A stretch of DNA of 33,542 nt from Nitrospinota bacterium (GTDB taxonomy: Bacteria; UBA8248). Location: contig JAPYQX010000003.1 in NCBI GenBank assembly GCA_029937135.1, forward strand, positions 1 to 33,542, given 5' to 3'. Position 1 is the first letter of the stretch. Each line of letters opens with the position of its first letter. The position numbers were made by a program, and so were the translations under genes. Of the stretch, positions 16,353 through 24,756 are shown piece by piece. The notes beneath the pieces were generated by a model. It searched no databases. It worked only from the letters and a program-made list of their open reading frames with translations, and was not told where the DNA came from.

Positions 16353-16451
16353 GATTCCGCCACCGAATTTTTCGTCTCTATTGTCCCATGCAAAACAAAC
16401 GGACCGCCCCGAAAACACGGATCGGGGCGGCCCGAAGACTCGCCGGAAGGC

Positions 16452-17426
16452 TTATTTCTTCCGTTTGGACTGATAGATTCCGGCCTTTTTCATGACGCTT
16501 ATGGTGATCTTGTTCTGCTGGACCAGGTAAGCGGAAAACCCGGATGCATCAAGGGGCGCGATGGTGAAGCCCTTTTTCTTGGAGAACTTCGTAAACGCCT
16601 TGGAGCGCGCCGCCCGCATCATCGCGTCGGCCAGTTTGGCCTGGATCAGATGAGGTGTTCCCTTCGGCACGCTCAGGCCCCGGAAGAAATCCATTTCCAT
16701 ATTGTAGCCGAGGTCCTTCATGGTCGGGACATCGGGAATGACGGAATTGCGCTTCGAGCCGGGGATCACCAGGATGCGCATCTTGTTGGCCCGCGCAAGG
16801 CGAATCGCCCCGGTCAGTGGAGCCACCATGGCGTCCGCCTCTCCGCTCAGCACGGAGGCGTTGCGCCGCTTGATGCCGACGGGAAGATGAATCACCTTGC
16901 ATCCCACTGCATTCATGATCGCAACGGCGCCGAGGTGGGTGCTGCTGCCGATGCTGGCGTTGGCCACTTTCAGGATGCCGGGCTTCGCCTTGCAGTCCGC
17001 GACGAACGCCTTGAAGGTCTTCCATTTCGATGAGGATTTCACCACGAAGGGAAGGGGCTGTGTCTCGACGCGGCCGATGTGATCCAGCGCCTTATAGGTG
17101 AACGGCACGTTGCCGATATTGGTGGTGGTGAGTACGGAAGTCGAATTCCAGGCTATTGTGTATCCGTCCGGCTTGGAATTTTTGACGAAAGTGTAAGTGA
17201 CGGCGCCGCCGGCCCCCACCTTGTTGATCGGAACGACGGGGACTTTGAGTATCTTGCTCATTTCCTTGGCCAGAATGCGGCCTTCGATATCGGCCCCGCC
17301 GCCCGCGCCGAAGGGAATGATGAACTTGATGGGTTTATCCGGAAATTCGGCCCGGGCCGAATCCGTGTATCCCATCAGGGTGAGCATGAAAATCATGCCG
17401 AGCGCGAAAGTGAAAATCTTCTTCAT
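16452..17426 (-). CDS. tctC: Tripartite tricarboxylate transporter substrate-binding protein (TctC/Bug family)
   Basis: 324 aa from ATG 17426, with AGGAGG 8 nt upstream. It has a signal peptide (MKKIFTFALGMIFMLTLMGYTDSARA) and the Bug-family N-terminal block FPDKPIKFIIPFGAGGGADIEGRILA. Stop is TAA. Confidence 0.9.
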   Translation of the reverse strand: MKKIFTFALGMIFMLTLMGYTDSARAEFPDKPIKFIIPFGAGGGADIEGRILAKEMSKILKVPVVPINKVGAGGAVTYTFVKNSKPDGYTIAWNSTSVLTTTNIGNVPFTYKALDHIGRVETQPLPFVVKSSSKWKTFKAFVADCKAKPGILKVANASIGSSTHLGAVAIMNAVGCKVIHLPVGIKRRNASVLSGEADAMVAPLTGAIRLARANKMRILVIPGSKRNSVIPDVPTMKDLGYNMEMDFFRGLSVPKGTPHLIQAKLADAMMRAARSKAFTKFSKKKGFTIAPLDASGFSAYLVQQNKITISVMKKAGIYQSKRKK

Positions 17427-17455
17427 GGGTGAACCTCCTGTCGGGTTGCACATTC

Positions 17456-17481
17456 CCCGAACGCGAAACCGCGCGTTCGGG
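17456..17481. promoter_or_regulatory. Perfect 10-bp inverted repeat / hairpin (cccgaacgcg-N6-cgcgttcggg) in the tctC leader
   Basis: Read directly from the sequence: 17456-17465 is the reverse complement of 17472-17481. It sits 29 nt upstream of the tctC start codon on the minus strand. No U-tract follows on either strand. Confidence 0.4.
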
Positions 17482-17650
17482 ATTTGAAAAGAAAGGCTGC
17501 TTTTAAAACGGGCTCCTGAAGCGGGCTCGCATAGTTCGCCTTGAAAATACCATTTTGCTTGCTTTGCCCGATGATCGATTTTCTCCCTGAATTTTTTGTA
17601 TACGATTATATTCTCTCCGGCGGCCCCTTGGCCATTTCGGGGGCGCTTCG

Positions 17651-18097
17651 TCAGTCCATCGACGCGGAGGCCCCGACGGCGTCAATCGCCGCCCTGGCGA
17701 TTTCCTGGTCCTGCTCCCAATCGCCGCCGCTGATGCCGATCCCGCCGGTGCACTCGCCGCCAAATACTATCGGGAAACCTCCCTCCATCGCCGTCCAGCG
17801 CTCGGCCCCCGCGGCGAGCGAGAGCCCGATGGCGTGGAGGGTGTCGAGGTCCTGCCCCTGCGCCCCCCGGGTGGTGGTGGGGCGCCTGTTCGAGGCCGAG
17901 GTTACAGCCTTGGTGGTCGAGGAGTGAATGGTGTGGAACCGGCCCCCGTCCATCCGCTCCAGGTGGAGCATGTGTCCCCCGGCGTCAACGATGGCGACCG
18001 TCACGGCGATGCCGAATTCCCTCGCCTTGGTGATGGCGGCCTCCATCATCAATTTCGCGCCCTTCGAGGTCAGGCGCGTTGTTTGCGCAAAAGGCAT
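17651..18097 (-). CDS. glcG: GlcG/HbpS-like heme-binding protein (DUF336)
   Basis: 148 aa with the family pattern AAITKAREFGIAVTVAIVDAGGHMLHLERMDG...STTKAVTSA...GGFPIVFGGECTGGIGISGG. Stop is TGA. Confidence 0.8.
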   Translation of the reverse strand: MPFAQTTRLTSKGAKLMMEAAITKAREFGIAVTVAIVDAGGHMLHLERMDGGRFHTIHSSTTKAVTSASNRRPTTTRGAQGQDLDTLHAIGLSLAAGAERWTAMEGGFPIVFGGECTGGIGISGGDWEQDQEIARAAIDAVGASASMD

Positions 18098-18325
18098 TGG
18101 TGCATATCCTCCGTATTATCCCGAGCCGGTGCTTGGGAGATGGTTTATGTTCACGCCGCCTCCGGAAGGGCGGCCGCTCTCCGGGTGTGGACCGCCGTTC
18201 ACTCGAAAAGCGCACTCGGGCAGGTTGGCTTTGCGCCTCACTTTTTTTCCGGAGGCATGGAGTCACCCGATAGTTGGGGTTTCGAATCGACTTTTCGATA
18301 TGGAAATACTCTAGATTAGGAGCCG

Positions 18326-18345
18326 AAAAACTGTCAACAGTTTTT
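18326..18345. promoter_or_regulatory. 20-bp near-perfect palindrome aaaaactgt-ca-acagttttt (candidate operator)
   Basis: The 9-bp arms are perfectly complementary around a 2-nt centre. A third half-site-like copy, ttgttgac, occurs at 18353-18360. It lies in the divergent intergenic region between glcG and the IMPase-family gene. Confidence 0.3.
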
Positions 18346-18479
18346 ATCTGAATTGTTGACGAATTGGAGGCCCACCGCCGGGAAGAACCCCATGAGACGC
18401 GCCTTTTACGGCATAATTCGGCATGTGGCGGGAAAATCCCTTTTGTCTCATTCTCCCCGGTTTACGGCGGATACGCGGT

Positions 18480-19271
18480 ATGACACTTCGATTGTGGCTT
18501 GAGGATGTAGCGCGGGAGGCCGGTGAGATGGCCCTCGATATGGCCGGGAGGGTCCGGACCGAAAAGAAGGGTTCGAGCATCGTCTCCGAAGCCGACCGGG
18601 CGGTGGAGCGCCTGATCGTGGGCCGGATCCGCGCCGAGTATCCGGATGACTACATTCTGGCCGAGGAAAGCGGGGCAAGCGGAGGGAACTATCCCGGCGG
18701 GGACAACCCGGGTAAGGAGGCGCGCTGGTGGGCGGTTGACCCCATTGACGGGACCCTCCCCTACCTGAGCCGTTTTCCGTTCTGGGGGGTCTCGGTCGCG
18801 TGCATGAGCGGTTCGCACCCCGTAGGCGCCGCCGTGGCTCTGCCCGCGATGGGGGAGATGTATTCGGCCCTTTCGGGAGGCCCGTCTTTCCGGAACGGCG
18901 AGCCCATCCCCCCGATCCGGCCGGGTCCACCCGGGGACCATAGCGCCCTGTTTGTTCCGTGCGGGGATTTCGAGGGGCTTGAAATCAGGTTTCCGGGCAA
19001 GCGGCTGTCGTTAGCCGCCGTTTCACTCCATTTTTTATATACCGCGGCCGGTTCTTCCTTCGGCGCTGTTTCGGAGCCGACCCGGGCCTTCGACATCGCG
19101 GCCGCTGCCCTCATCCTGGAAAACGCGGGTGGTGCGGTCCGGTATATTTCGGGGAAAGAAGTCGATTACGCCGAGATCGCCGGTGGACAGCGCACCCCGG
19201 AGCCCGTCGCCGCCGCTTCTTCGGATCAGGTGGGTTGGCTTTGCGGGCAGGTGATGTGGACGGGGGATTAG
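18480..19271 (+). CDS. Inositol monophosphatase family protein
   Basis: 263 aa from ATG 18480 (MTLRLWLEDVAREAGEMAL...). It carries the IMPase metal-site motifs ILAEESG and WAVDPIDGT. The ORF is open from 18423. Stop is TAG. Confidence 0.8.
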   Translation: MTLRLWLEDVAREAGEMALDMAGRVRTEKKGSSIVSEADRAVERLIVGRIRAEYPDDYILAEESGASGGNYPGGDNPGKEARWWAVDPIDGTLPYLSRFPFWGVSVACMSGSHPVGAAVALPAMGEMYSALSGGPSFRNGEPIPPIRPGPPGDHSALFVPCGDFEGLEIRFPGKRLSLAAVSLHFLYTAAGSSFGAVSEPTRAFDIAAAALILENAGGAVRYISGKEVDYAEIAGGQRTPEPVAAASSDQVGWLCGQVMWTGD

Positions 19272-19294
19272 TCCCCCTCCCCCTGCCTGCCGGG

Positions 19295-20098
19295 CTACAT
19301 CCACATCCCGGCGCGCTGCATCAGGCGGTCCAGCTCATCGGAAATGATTTCCGGCGCCTCGACGGTGGACATGTGGCCCACGCCGTCGATGAGTTTAATC
19401 GTGCAGTCGGGCAACCCTTCCTGAAGATCCCTCATGGCTTGAGGCGATACCAGCGCATCGGCCGCCCCGCCGATGACCGCGCAGGGCTGATTCATATCTT
19501 TCAAATAAGGCGACATATCCTCGCGCTCCCGCATGGCGCCGAGCAGGAGCGCGATGCTGGCGGGCAGCTGTCCTTCGATGGCGGCCCTGGTTTGGGCAAT
19601 CTCCTCCGGGTGTGATGAGAGGTATGCGGGGGAGAAAAGCTGCGGAATAAAAGCCTCGGCGAAGGCTTCCATTCCCTCATCCACCACAAAGCGCATGGTT
19701 TTCACCCGCGCTTCGGCCCTTTCGGCGGTGTCGGCGCCGGCTTGGGTGCTGACGAAAGCCGCCGCCCGCACTTTCAGCGGATGCCGGACTAGAAACTGGG
19801 TGAGAACATATCCTCCGAGTGAAAATCCGGCGGCCGCGGCAGCCGGAATATCAATGGCCTCGAGGAGCGCGGCGGCGTCATCCGCCATGTCGGCGACGGA
19901 ATAAGGCTGAGAGGTTTTTTCGGTCTTTCCCAGCCCGCGCAGGTCGGGAACGATAAGACGGTAGCTCCGTTCGAGTTCCGCCACCTGCGCTGCCCACATG
20001 GAATGGTCCAGCGAAAACCCATGCAGCAAAAGAAGCGGCGGGCCGCTGCCGCGGTCTTCGTAGGCGATGGTGATGCCGTTGGCGCGGATGGACTTCAT
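19295..20098 (-). CDS. Alpha/beta-fold hydrolase
   Basis: 267 aa from ATG 20098 (MKSIRANGITIAYEDRGSGPPLLLLHGF), with AAGGGGGA upstream. The nucleophile elbow is GFSLGG. The track ORF extends to 20425, overlapping queG, which is likely a spurious extension. Stop is TAG. Confidence 0.85.
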   Translation of the reverse strand: MKSIRANGITIAYEDRGSGPPLLLLHGFSLDHSMWAAQVAELERSYRLIVPDLRGLGKTEKTSQPYSVADMADDAAALLEAIDIPAAAAAGFSLGGYVLTQFLVRHPLKVRAAAFVSTQAGADTAERAEARVKTMRFVVDEGMEAFAEAFIPQLFSPAYLSSHPEEIAQTRAAIEGQLPASIALLLGAMREREDMSPYLKDMNQPCAVIGGAADALVSPQAMRDLQEGLPDCTIKLIDGVGHMSTVEAPEIISDELDRLMQRAGMWM

Positions 20099-20159
20099 CG
20101 GCTTCCCCCTTTCACGTCGCCCGACCCCGATTGCCTGACGGGCATGAAGTCTCGGATAT

Positions 20160-21392
20160 TTATTTAAGCGCCTCCGGAGGAGGGCTCCAGGAACCCAACA
20201 TCTCCCCGAGGGCGAGTTCGATTTCTTCGTGCACCCAATCGTCTTGCTCGGAATACAGGCGAGCTTCCAGTATTCTCCGAAATCTTTCAAGGCGGCCCCG
20301 CGATCCGATACGGCCCAGGGCCCAGGCCGCGTGGCCGCGCACCAGTGGTTCGGAGTGCTGAAGCGCCCGGGCGAGCGGGAAAAGCGAGGTCTCCCCGCCC
20401 GTGTTTCCGATGGCGACCGCGACATTACGGAGGAATCCGCCGTACCGGGAGCGCATGACCGGGGTTCCCTTGAAGCGGTCCCTGAACTCGTTTTCGCCGA
20501 GGAGGATGAGTTCGTGAAGATATAATTCGCTCGTCCCCCGCCGGGGGGCGAATCGCGGCTCCACCGCGAGCGGCGCGCCCTCGTTCCAGGGGCAGACTTC
20601 CTGGCAGATGTCGCAGCCGAATATCAGGTTTCCAACCAATGGCCGCAACTCTCTCGGCATGGGTCCCCGAAGCTCGATCGTCAAATAAGAGATGCACCGT
20701 CTCGCATCCACGACATTGGGCGCGACGATAGCGCCTGTCGGGCAATCGATGATGCATTGGGTGCAGGTGCCGCAGTGGTCTTTTTCCATCGGGGGATCGA
20801 AGGGCAAGGCCCGATTGAGCAAAAGCGCACCGATGAAAAAATAGCTTCCCAGCTCGCGGCTCAGGAGAAGGGAGTTTTTTCCCGTCCATCCGAGACCGCA
20901 GCGGGCGGCCAGATCACGCTCGAGAATCGGGCCGGTGTCCACATAGGTCCTTCCCTCGATGGACGTGTCAAATTCCCTGAGGCTTCTGAGCACGCGAATC
21001 AGGCGTTTTTTGATGAACTTGTGGTAGTCGCCGCCGTGGGCGTAGCGCGCGATTTTTCCTGTGGGGTTTTCTTTTGCCGGGCGCTGTTTTTCCTGGCCTT
21101 CCTGGGGGCGATAGCGCATGGCCACCACCAGGGCGGAGCGTGTTTCGGGCCAAACGCGGCGCAAATCCTCTCGAACCTCGGGCCGCCGGACGAGATATTC
21201 CATTTTGCCGGCGTATCCCCTGGCGATCCATTCCCGGTAGCGGTCATAGGCGGAATGATGATCGGGCGGCGTGATACCGGCGAGATCGAATCCGTGGCGC
21301 CGCGCGAGGTCCTTGGCGGCACGCGCCAAATCAACGGGGCTCGTCGCCTCGGCGAGGTTGCCGGCGGCGGGGAGCATCGGCAGGCCGCTCAT
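20160..21392 (-). CDS. queG: tRNA epoxyqueuosine(34) reductase QueG
   Basis: 410 aa from ATG 21392. It has the ferredoxin-type clusters CGTCTQCIIDCPTGAI and CDICQEVCPWN, the CISYLTIE block and a C-terminal HEAT-like repeat (HSEPLVRGHAAWALGRIG). Its start overlaps the upstream methyltransferase stop as an ATGA overlap. Stop is TAA. Confidence 0.9.
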   Translation of the reverse strand: MSGLPMLPAAGNLAEATSPVDLARAAKDLARRHGFDLAGITPPDHHSAYDRYREWIARGYAGKMEYLVRRPEVREDLRRVWPETRSALVVAMRYRPQEGQEKQRPAKENPTGKIARYAHGGDYHKFIKKRLIRVLRSLREFDTSIEGRTYVDTGPILERDLAARCGLGWTGKNSLLLSRELGSYFFIGALLLNRALPFDPPMEKDHCGTCTQCIIDCPTGAIVAPNVVDARRCISYLTIELRGPMPRELRPLVGNLIFGCDICQEVCPWNEGAPLAVEPRFAPRRGTSELYLHELILLGENEFRDRFKGTPVMRSRYGGFLRNVAVAIGNTGGETSLFPLARALQHSEPLVRGHAAWALGRIGSRGRLERFRRILEARLYSEQDDWVHEEIELALGEMLGSWSPPPEALK

Positions 21393-22168
21393 GGGGCCGC
21401 CTTCCGCGCGATGCACTGAAGCTGGGCGCGGACAACCAGCCTGCGGCCGCCTTCCTCGAGATAACGGTTGAGGGCCTCCCAGCGACCGCTTTTTTTCCAG
21501 CGGGAAATGATACCCGCGTTTTGGGAGCTCTCCAGAAAATCACGGGGGTTTTCAATTTCGAGTATTTCTTTTTCCGTACGGCAAAATTGCGGTATGAGAT
21601 CAAATTGCTCGAGCATGGATTCCAGTTCGGTTTCGGAAAGGGCGAAGCGGCTTGGCTGGCCGATTTCCCGCCAGAGGTCTTTGTAAAGCGCCACGCAGGC
21701 GAACATCCCCCCGGGAGGGAGTACCGAGGCTGCGCGCCTGACGATCTCCAACCCCATGCACAGGTGCGCGGTGACGAGATCCGGGGGTCCATCGGAGAGG
21801 ATAGTGGCGTAAGCTTCCTTTTCCACATCGAGGGTGAAAAACCGGGCCCCGGGCAGGTTTTCTTTTTCGGCGCTGGTTCTGGCCCGGTCCAGCGCCTCTT
21901 CGTCGCGGTCCGCCCCGATGGACCAGCCGTCCGGGGCCCATTGGTCAGACAGGGCGAAGGTCATCCGCCCGCCGCCGCAACCCAGATCGAGGTGCCCGCC
22001 GCCGGCGGGCAGGGTTTCCTTCACAGCCGAGAGCCAGCTCTCGCCCATATCTCCGTGCGTGCCGATGGTCTCGCCGTCCCGGATGTCTCCACCCGGGACG
22101 TTCCCGTCCGGGACGGAGCGCATGAGGGTTTCGGTGCGCCATTTCTCGCCGATGGCGGCCCTGCTCAT
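21389..22168 (-). CDS. Class I SAM-dependent methyltransferase
   Basis: 259 aa from ATG 22168 (MSRAAIGEKW...), with GGAGA upstream. SAM-binding motif I is HLDLGCGGGRMT. The ORF is open to 22318. Its TGA stop overlaps the queG ATG. Confidence 0.75.
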   Translation of the reverse strand: MSRAAIGEKWRTETLMRSVPDGNVPGGDIRDGETIGTHGDMGESWLSAVKETLPAGGGHLDLGCGGGRMTFALSDQWAPDGWSIGADRDEEALDRARTSAEKENLPGARFFTLDVEKEAYATILSDGPPDLVTAHLCMGLEIVRRAASVLPPGGMFACVALYKDLWREIGQPSRFALSETELESMLEQFDLIPQFCRTEKEILEIENPRDFLESSQNAGIISRWKKSGRWEALNRYLEEGGRRLVVRAQLQCIARKAAP

Positions 22169-22334
22169 ACGGTCTCCATTCACATGACCTGAAAAATAAT
22201 CGCTCCCGCGACAGGGGGAGCTTCCCCACCCATCATACATCGAAACGGGAATCCTGAAGAAAGACGCCGCCGGGGGGCATGCGCCATATCGTGGTATTTC
22301 GCGGAGAAAAAACACCATCCGATAGGAGGGCTCC

Positions 22335-22355
22335 CCTTCCGCCGGAAGGTTTTTT
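22335..22355 (+). terminator. Short GC hairpin plus T6 run (ccttccg-c-cggaagg tttttt), 14 nt upstream of the TVP38 start codon
   Basis: Read directly from the sequence: the arms ccttccg (22335-22341) and cggaagg (22343-22349) are complementary, and T6 follows at 22350-22355. There is no plus-strand gene upstream for it to terminate, so it is leader-associated if functional. Confidence 0.3.
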
Positions 22356-22369
22356 AATGGAAACTATGG

Positions 22370-23182
22370 ATGGCCATCATGCTTTCATTCGGGGAAACCT
22401 TCCCCTGTACGGCTTTTTCGTCCGAACCGGGAGATACGTTGAATACGGACCAGCCAACCGGAAGCGCCCTTCGCCGGCGAAAGATTGTTTTTTCCTGCCT
22501 TCTCGGTAGCGTGGCCGCTCTGGCGGCATTGGTGTTTTTCTATTGGGAAATCGCTGTCCAGGGATGGGAGTTTCTGATCCGGATTCAGACGGAAAAAGAT
22601 CAGTTCCGGGACTGGATTCTCTCCTTCGGCAATTTGGGCCCACTTGTTTATATCGGGTTTCAGGCGGCGCAGGTTATCTTCTCTCCCCTTCCCGGCGAGC
22701 TGACGGGCGCTTTTTTGGGGGGGATGATATTCGGCGTCTGGGCCTCGGCATTTTACAGCACAATCGGCCTCACGCTCGGAAGCTGCCTGGCATTCGCCAT
22801 TGGAAGGTGGCTGGGGAGGCCGATCGTCGAGAAGATGGTTTCCCGGTCGATCCTTGAGAAGTTTGATTTTTTGGTGGCGGACAAGGGCGCTGTGTTCGCC
22901 TTCATCTTTTTCGCGATTCCGGGATTTCCCAAGGACTACGTGTGCTATCTCCTGGGGTTGAGTCCGATCAGCGTCCGGTCTTTCTTGATCGTTGTTACGC
23001 TGGGGAGGTTTCCGGGCGCTTTGGTCTTCAGTCTTTTGGGGGCGAATTTATACAACGAAAGCTACGTTTACTTCTTCGCTCTTTTGATCGGGATATTGCT
23101 CGCGGGCGGTTTGGCAGCTTATTTCAAGGGTCAGATTATGGAATGGGTCCGCGGAAAGACGGAAAAATCGGAGCGGGGGTAG
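22370..23182 (+). CDS. TVP38/TMEM64 (DedA-related, VTT-domain) membrane protein
   Basis: 270 aa, polytopic, with the VTT-domain-like block QVIFSPLPGELTGAFLGGMIFG and FFAIPGFPKDYVCYLLG. The start is uncertain and the Shine-Dalgarno sequence is weak. Stop is TAG. Confidence 0.8.
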   Translation: MAIMLSFGETFPCTAFSSEPGDTLNTDQPTGSALRRRKIVFSCLLGSVAALAALVFFYWEIAVQGWEFLIRIQTEKDQFRDWILSFGNLGPLVYIGFQAAQVIFSPLPGELTGAFLGGMIFGVWASAFYSTIGLTLGSCLAFAIGRWLGRPIVEKMVSRSILEKFDFLVADKGAVFAFIFFAIPGFPKDYVCYLLGLSPISVRSFLIVVTLGRFPGALVFSLLGANLYNESYVYFFALLIGILLAGGLAAYFKGQIMEWVRGKTEKSERG

Positions 23183-23216
23183 CGGGGCGGGTTCCGGGGT
23201 TTGACGCGGGGGGTTT

Positions 23217-24101
23217 TTAGGTCAACTCCAGATAGAGCAGGACGAGGGGCGTTGTCACGACACTCATCAGGATGCCGGTGAAAACCACCGAGGCCCCGAG
23301 AGACCCCTCGTTGCTATACCGCTCGGCGAATATATAGTTCAGAACGGCTGGCGGGCTGCACGAGATGAGAAACAGCGCTGCGCGCGGGGTGCCCTCCAGG
23401 GCCAGGAAGTAGGCGACAACCCAGGCTGTGGCGAAGCCCAGCCCGATGCGAAGGCCGGCCACCATCAAACTGAACTTTAAATCCGAAAACCGAATCGAAC
23501 GAAGCCTGTAGCCCAGCGTAAACAGCTCGACGGGAAACATCCCCCTGCCGGTCATCTGGGTGAAGCGAAGCAGAAATCTCGGAACGGGAATGGCCGCCAG
23601 CGCCACCACCAGGCCGGCGATGCCGGCCCAGAGGGCTGGCATGCGAAATGGCTCGGTGCTCATGTTTTTTCCGCCGTGAAGGTAAATTCCGGCGGTGAAG
23701 GTGATGAATACGTTCGGGATCGAGAGCAGGACGACCTGGGAGAGGCCCTCTTCTCCGAAAGCGAGAAGGGCCAGCGGGTAAGGCAGCGAGACGGCGTTCA
23801 TAATGAGGATGCCGGGTATGAATATCCGGTGCCGGATGCCCGCGGCCCTGGAAATAACCCATGCGATCGAGCCCGGAATGATGTGGATTATGAGTGAGAC
23901 GGTAATGGCCTGAATCAACTGGCGGGTGTCGATGTTTTGCCGGGCCAGGGCGTCGAACATCACGGCCGGGGCCAGAAGGAAAAGTACGAGTTCGGCGAGA
24001 ACTTTCGGGTCCAGCTTTTTCCAGAATCCCCAACAATAGCCCAGAGCGGCGAGCGCAATAACAGGGAAGACGATTTCAAGTATTCGGAGCGTGTATTCCA
24101 T
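23217..24101 (-). CDS. AEC (auxin efflux carrier) family transporter
   Basis: 294 aa from ATG 24101 (MEYTLRILEIVFPVIALAALGYCWGFW...). It has about 10 hydrophobic helices and an N-terminal pattern typical of the AEC family. The ORF is open to 24227. Stop is TAA. Confidence 0.85.
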   Translation of the reverse strand: MEYTLRILEIVFPVIALAALGYCWGFWKKLDPKVLAELVLFLLAPAVMFDALARQNIDTRQLIQAITVSLIIHIIPGSIAWVISRAAGIRHRIFIPGILIMNAVSLPYPLALLAFGEEGLSQVVLLSIPNVFITFTAGIYLHGGKNMSTEPFRMPALWAGIAGLVVALAAIPVPRFLLRFTQMTGRGMFPVELFTLGYRLRSIRFSDLKFSLMVAGLRIGLGFATAWVVAYFLALEGTPRAALFLISCSPPAVLNYIFAERYSNEGSLGASVVFTGILMSVVTTPLVLLYLELT

Positions 24102-24315
24102 TCGGCGTATCGACTCTCCGTTACGGGTTGTTGCCGGGTCTCGGACCGGGGCGGAGTATATCGGTCTTTTTCCCGGGGGCACAAGGTTCTGGCCTCCGGC
24201 CGAACATCGCGGCGTCCCGGCCGCCACGATAGGCTTGTTTACTCTTTTGCCGATTCCTTTTTTGGTGTCGGGCGTGCTTCCACCGGCGAATTAATAATTC
24301 ATGGAGGGCAATTAA

Positions 24316-24756
24316 ATGCCTGAATTCGATCACATCGGGTACGCGGTGACTAATGTCGATGAGAAAAAAAATTTAATGGAGAATATTTTTGGATTCAAGT
24401 TCGCGGAGCGTAAGGAATACGACAGAGGCGGTGTGATATCGCGGCTTGATTTTTACGAGACGCCGGGCGGTTTGATGGAACTTGTCGAGGTGAGCGACCC
24501 GGAGGCGCCGATCAATAAATTCATCGAATCAAGGGGCGAGGGAGTTCATCATATTTGTCTTCGCGTGGACGATATTCGCGCCACGATGGCGGAATGGGAG
24601 GCCAAGGGGGTGAAGTTCTTGATGACTCCTCCGAAGTACGGCTCGCGCAACGGGTTGATCACATTCGCCGATCCCTCGACGACGGGCGGGCTGCTCACCG
24701 AGCTGGTCCAGTATCTGAAGGAAGGGGAAGAAATTCCGGATTGGGCGCAAAAATAG
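24316..24756 (+). CDS. mce: Methylmalonyl-CoA epimerase-like VOC (glyoxalase/bleomycin-resistance fold) protein
   Basis: 146 aa, with GGAGGG upstream of the ATG. It carries FDHIGYAV at the N-terminus, GVHHICLRVDDI, and a C-terminal GGLLTELV block typical of methylmalonyl-CoA epimerases. Stop is TAG. Confidence 0.75.
   Translation: MPEFDHIGYAVTNVDEKKNLMENIFGFKFAERKEYDRGGVISRLDFYETPGGLMELVEVSDPEAPINKFIESRGEGVHHICLRVDDIRATMAEWEAKGVKFLMTPPKYGSRNGLITFADPSTTGGLLTELVQYLKEGEEIPDWAQK

Noticed and set aside
18277-18290. The sequence ggggtttcgaatcga resembles a tRNA T-loop (GGTTCGAATC).
   Set aside because: The flanking bases do not form a T-stem, because tgggg has no complementary cccca. I could not fold an acceptor, D or anticodon arm on either strand.
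1681-24756. I considered genome-wide reassignment of TAG to a sense codon, or pyrrolysine decoding, as the explanation for the two in-frame TAGs.
   Set aside because: TAG is not rare here, with about 8 of about 32 observed stop positions. It terminates the RND permease, the IMPase-family gene, the hydrolase at 19295, TVP38 and the epimerase at family-typical lengths. Reading through in the IMPase-family gene, TVP38 and the epimerase would add about 30-50 aa of Arg/Gly/Ser-rich tail, some of it antisense to real genes. Local readthrough or suppression cannot be excluded. It is kept as a finding rather than a code change.
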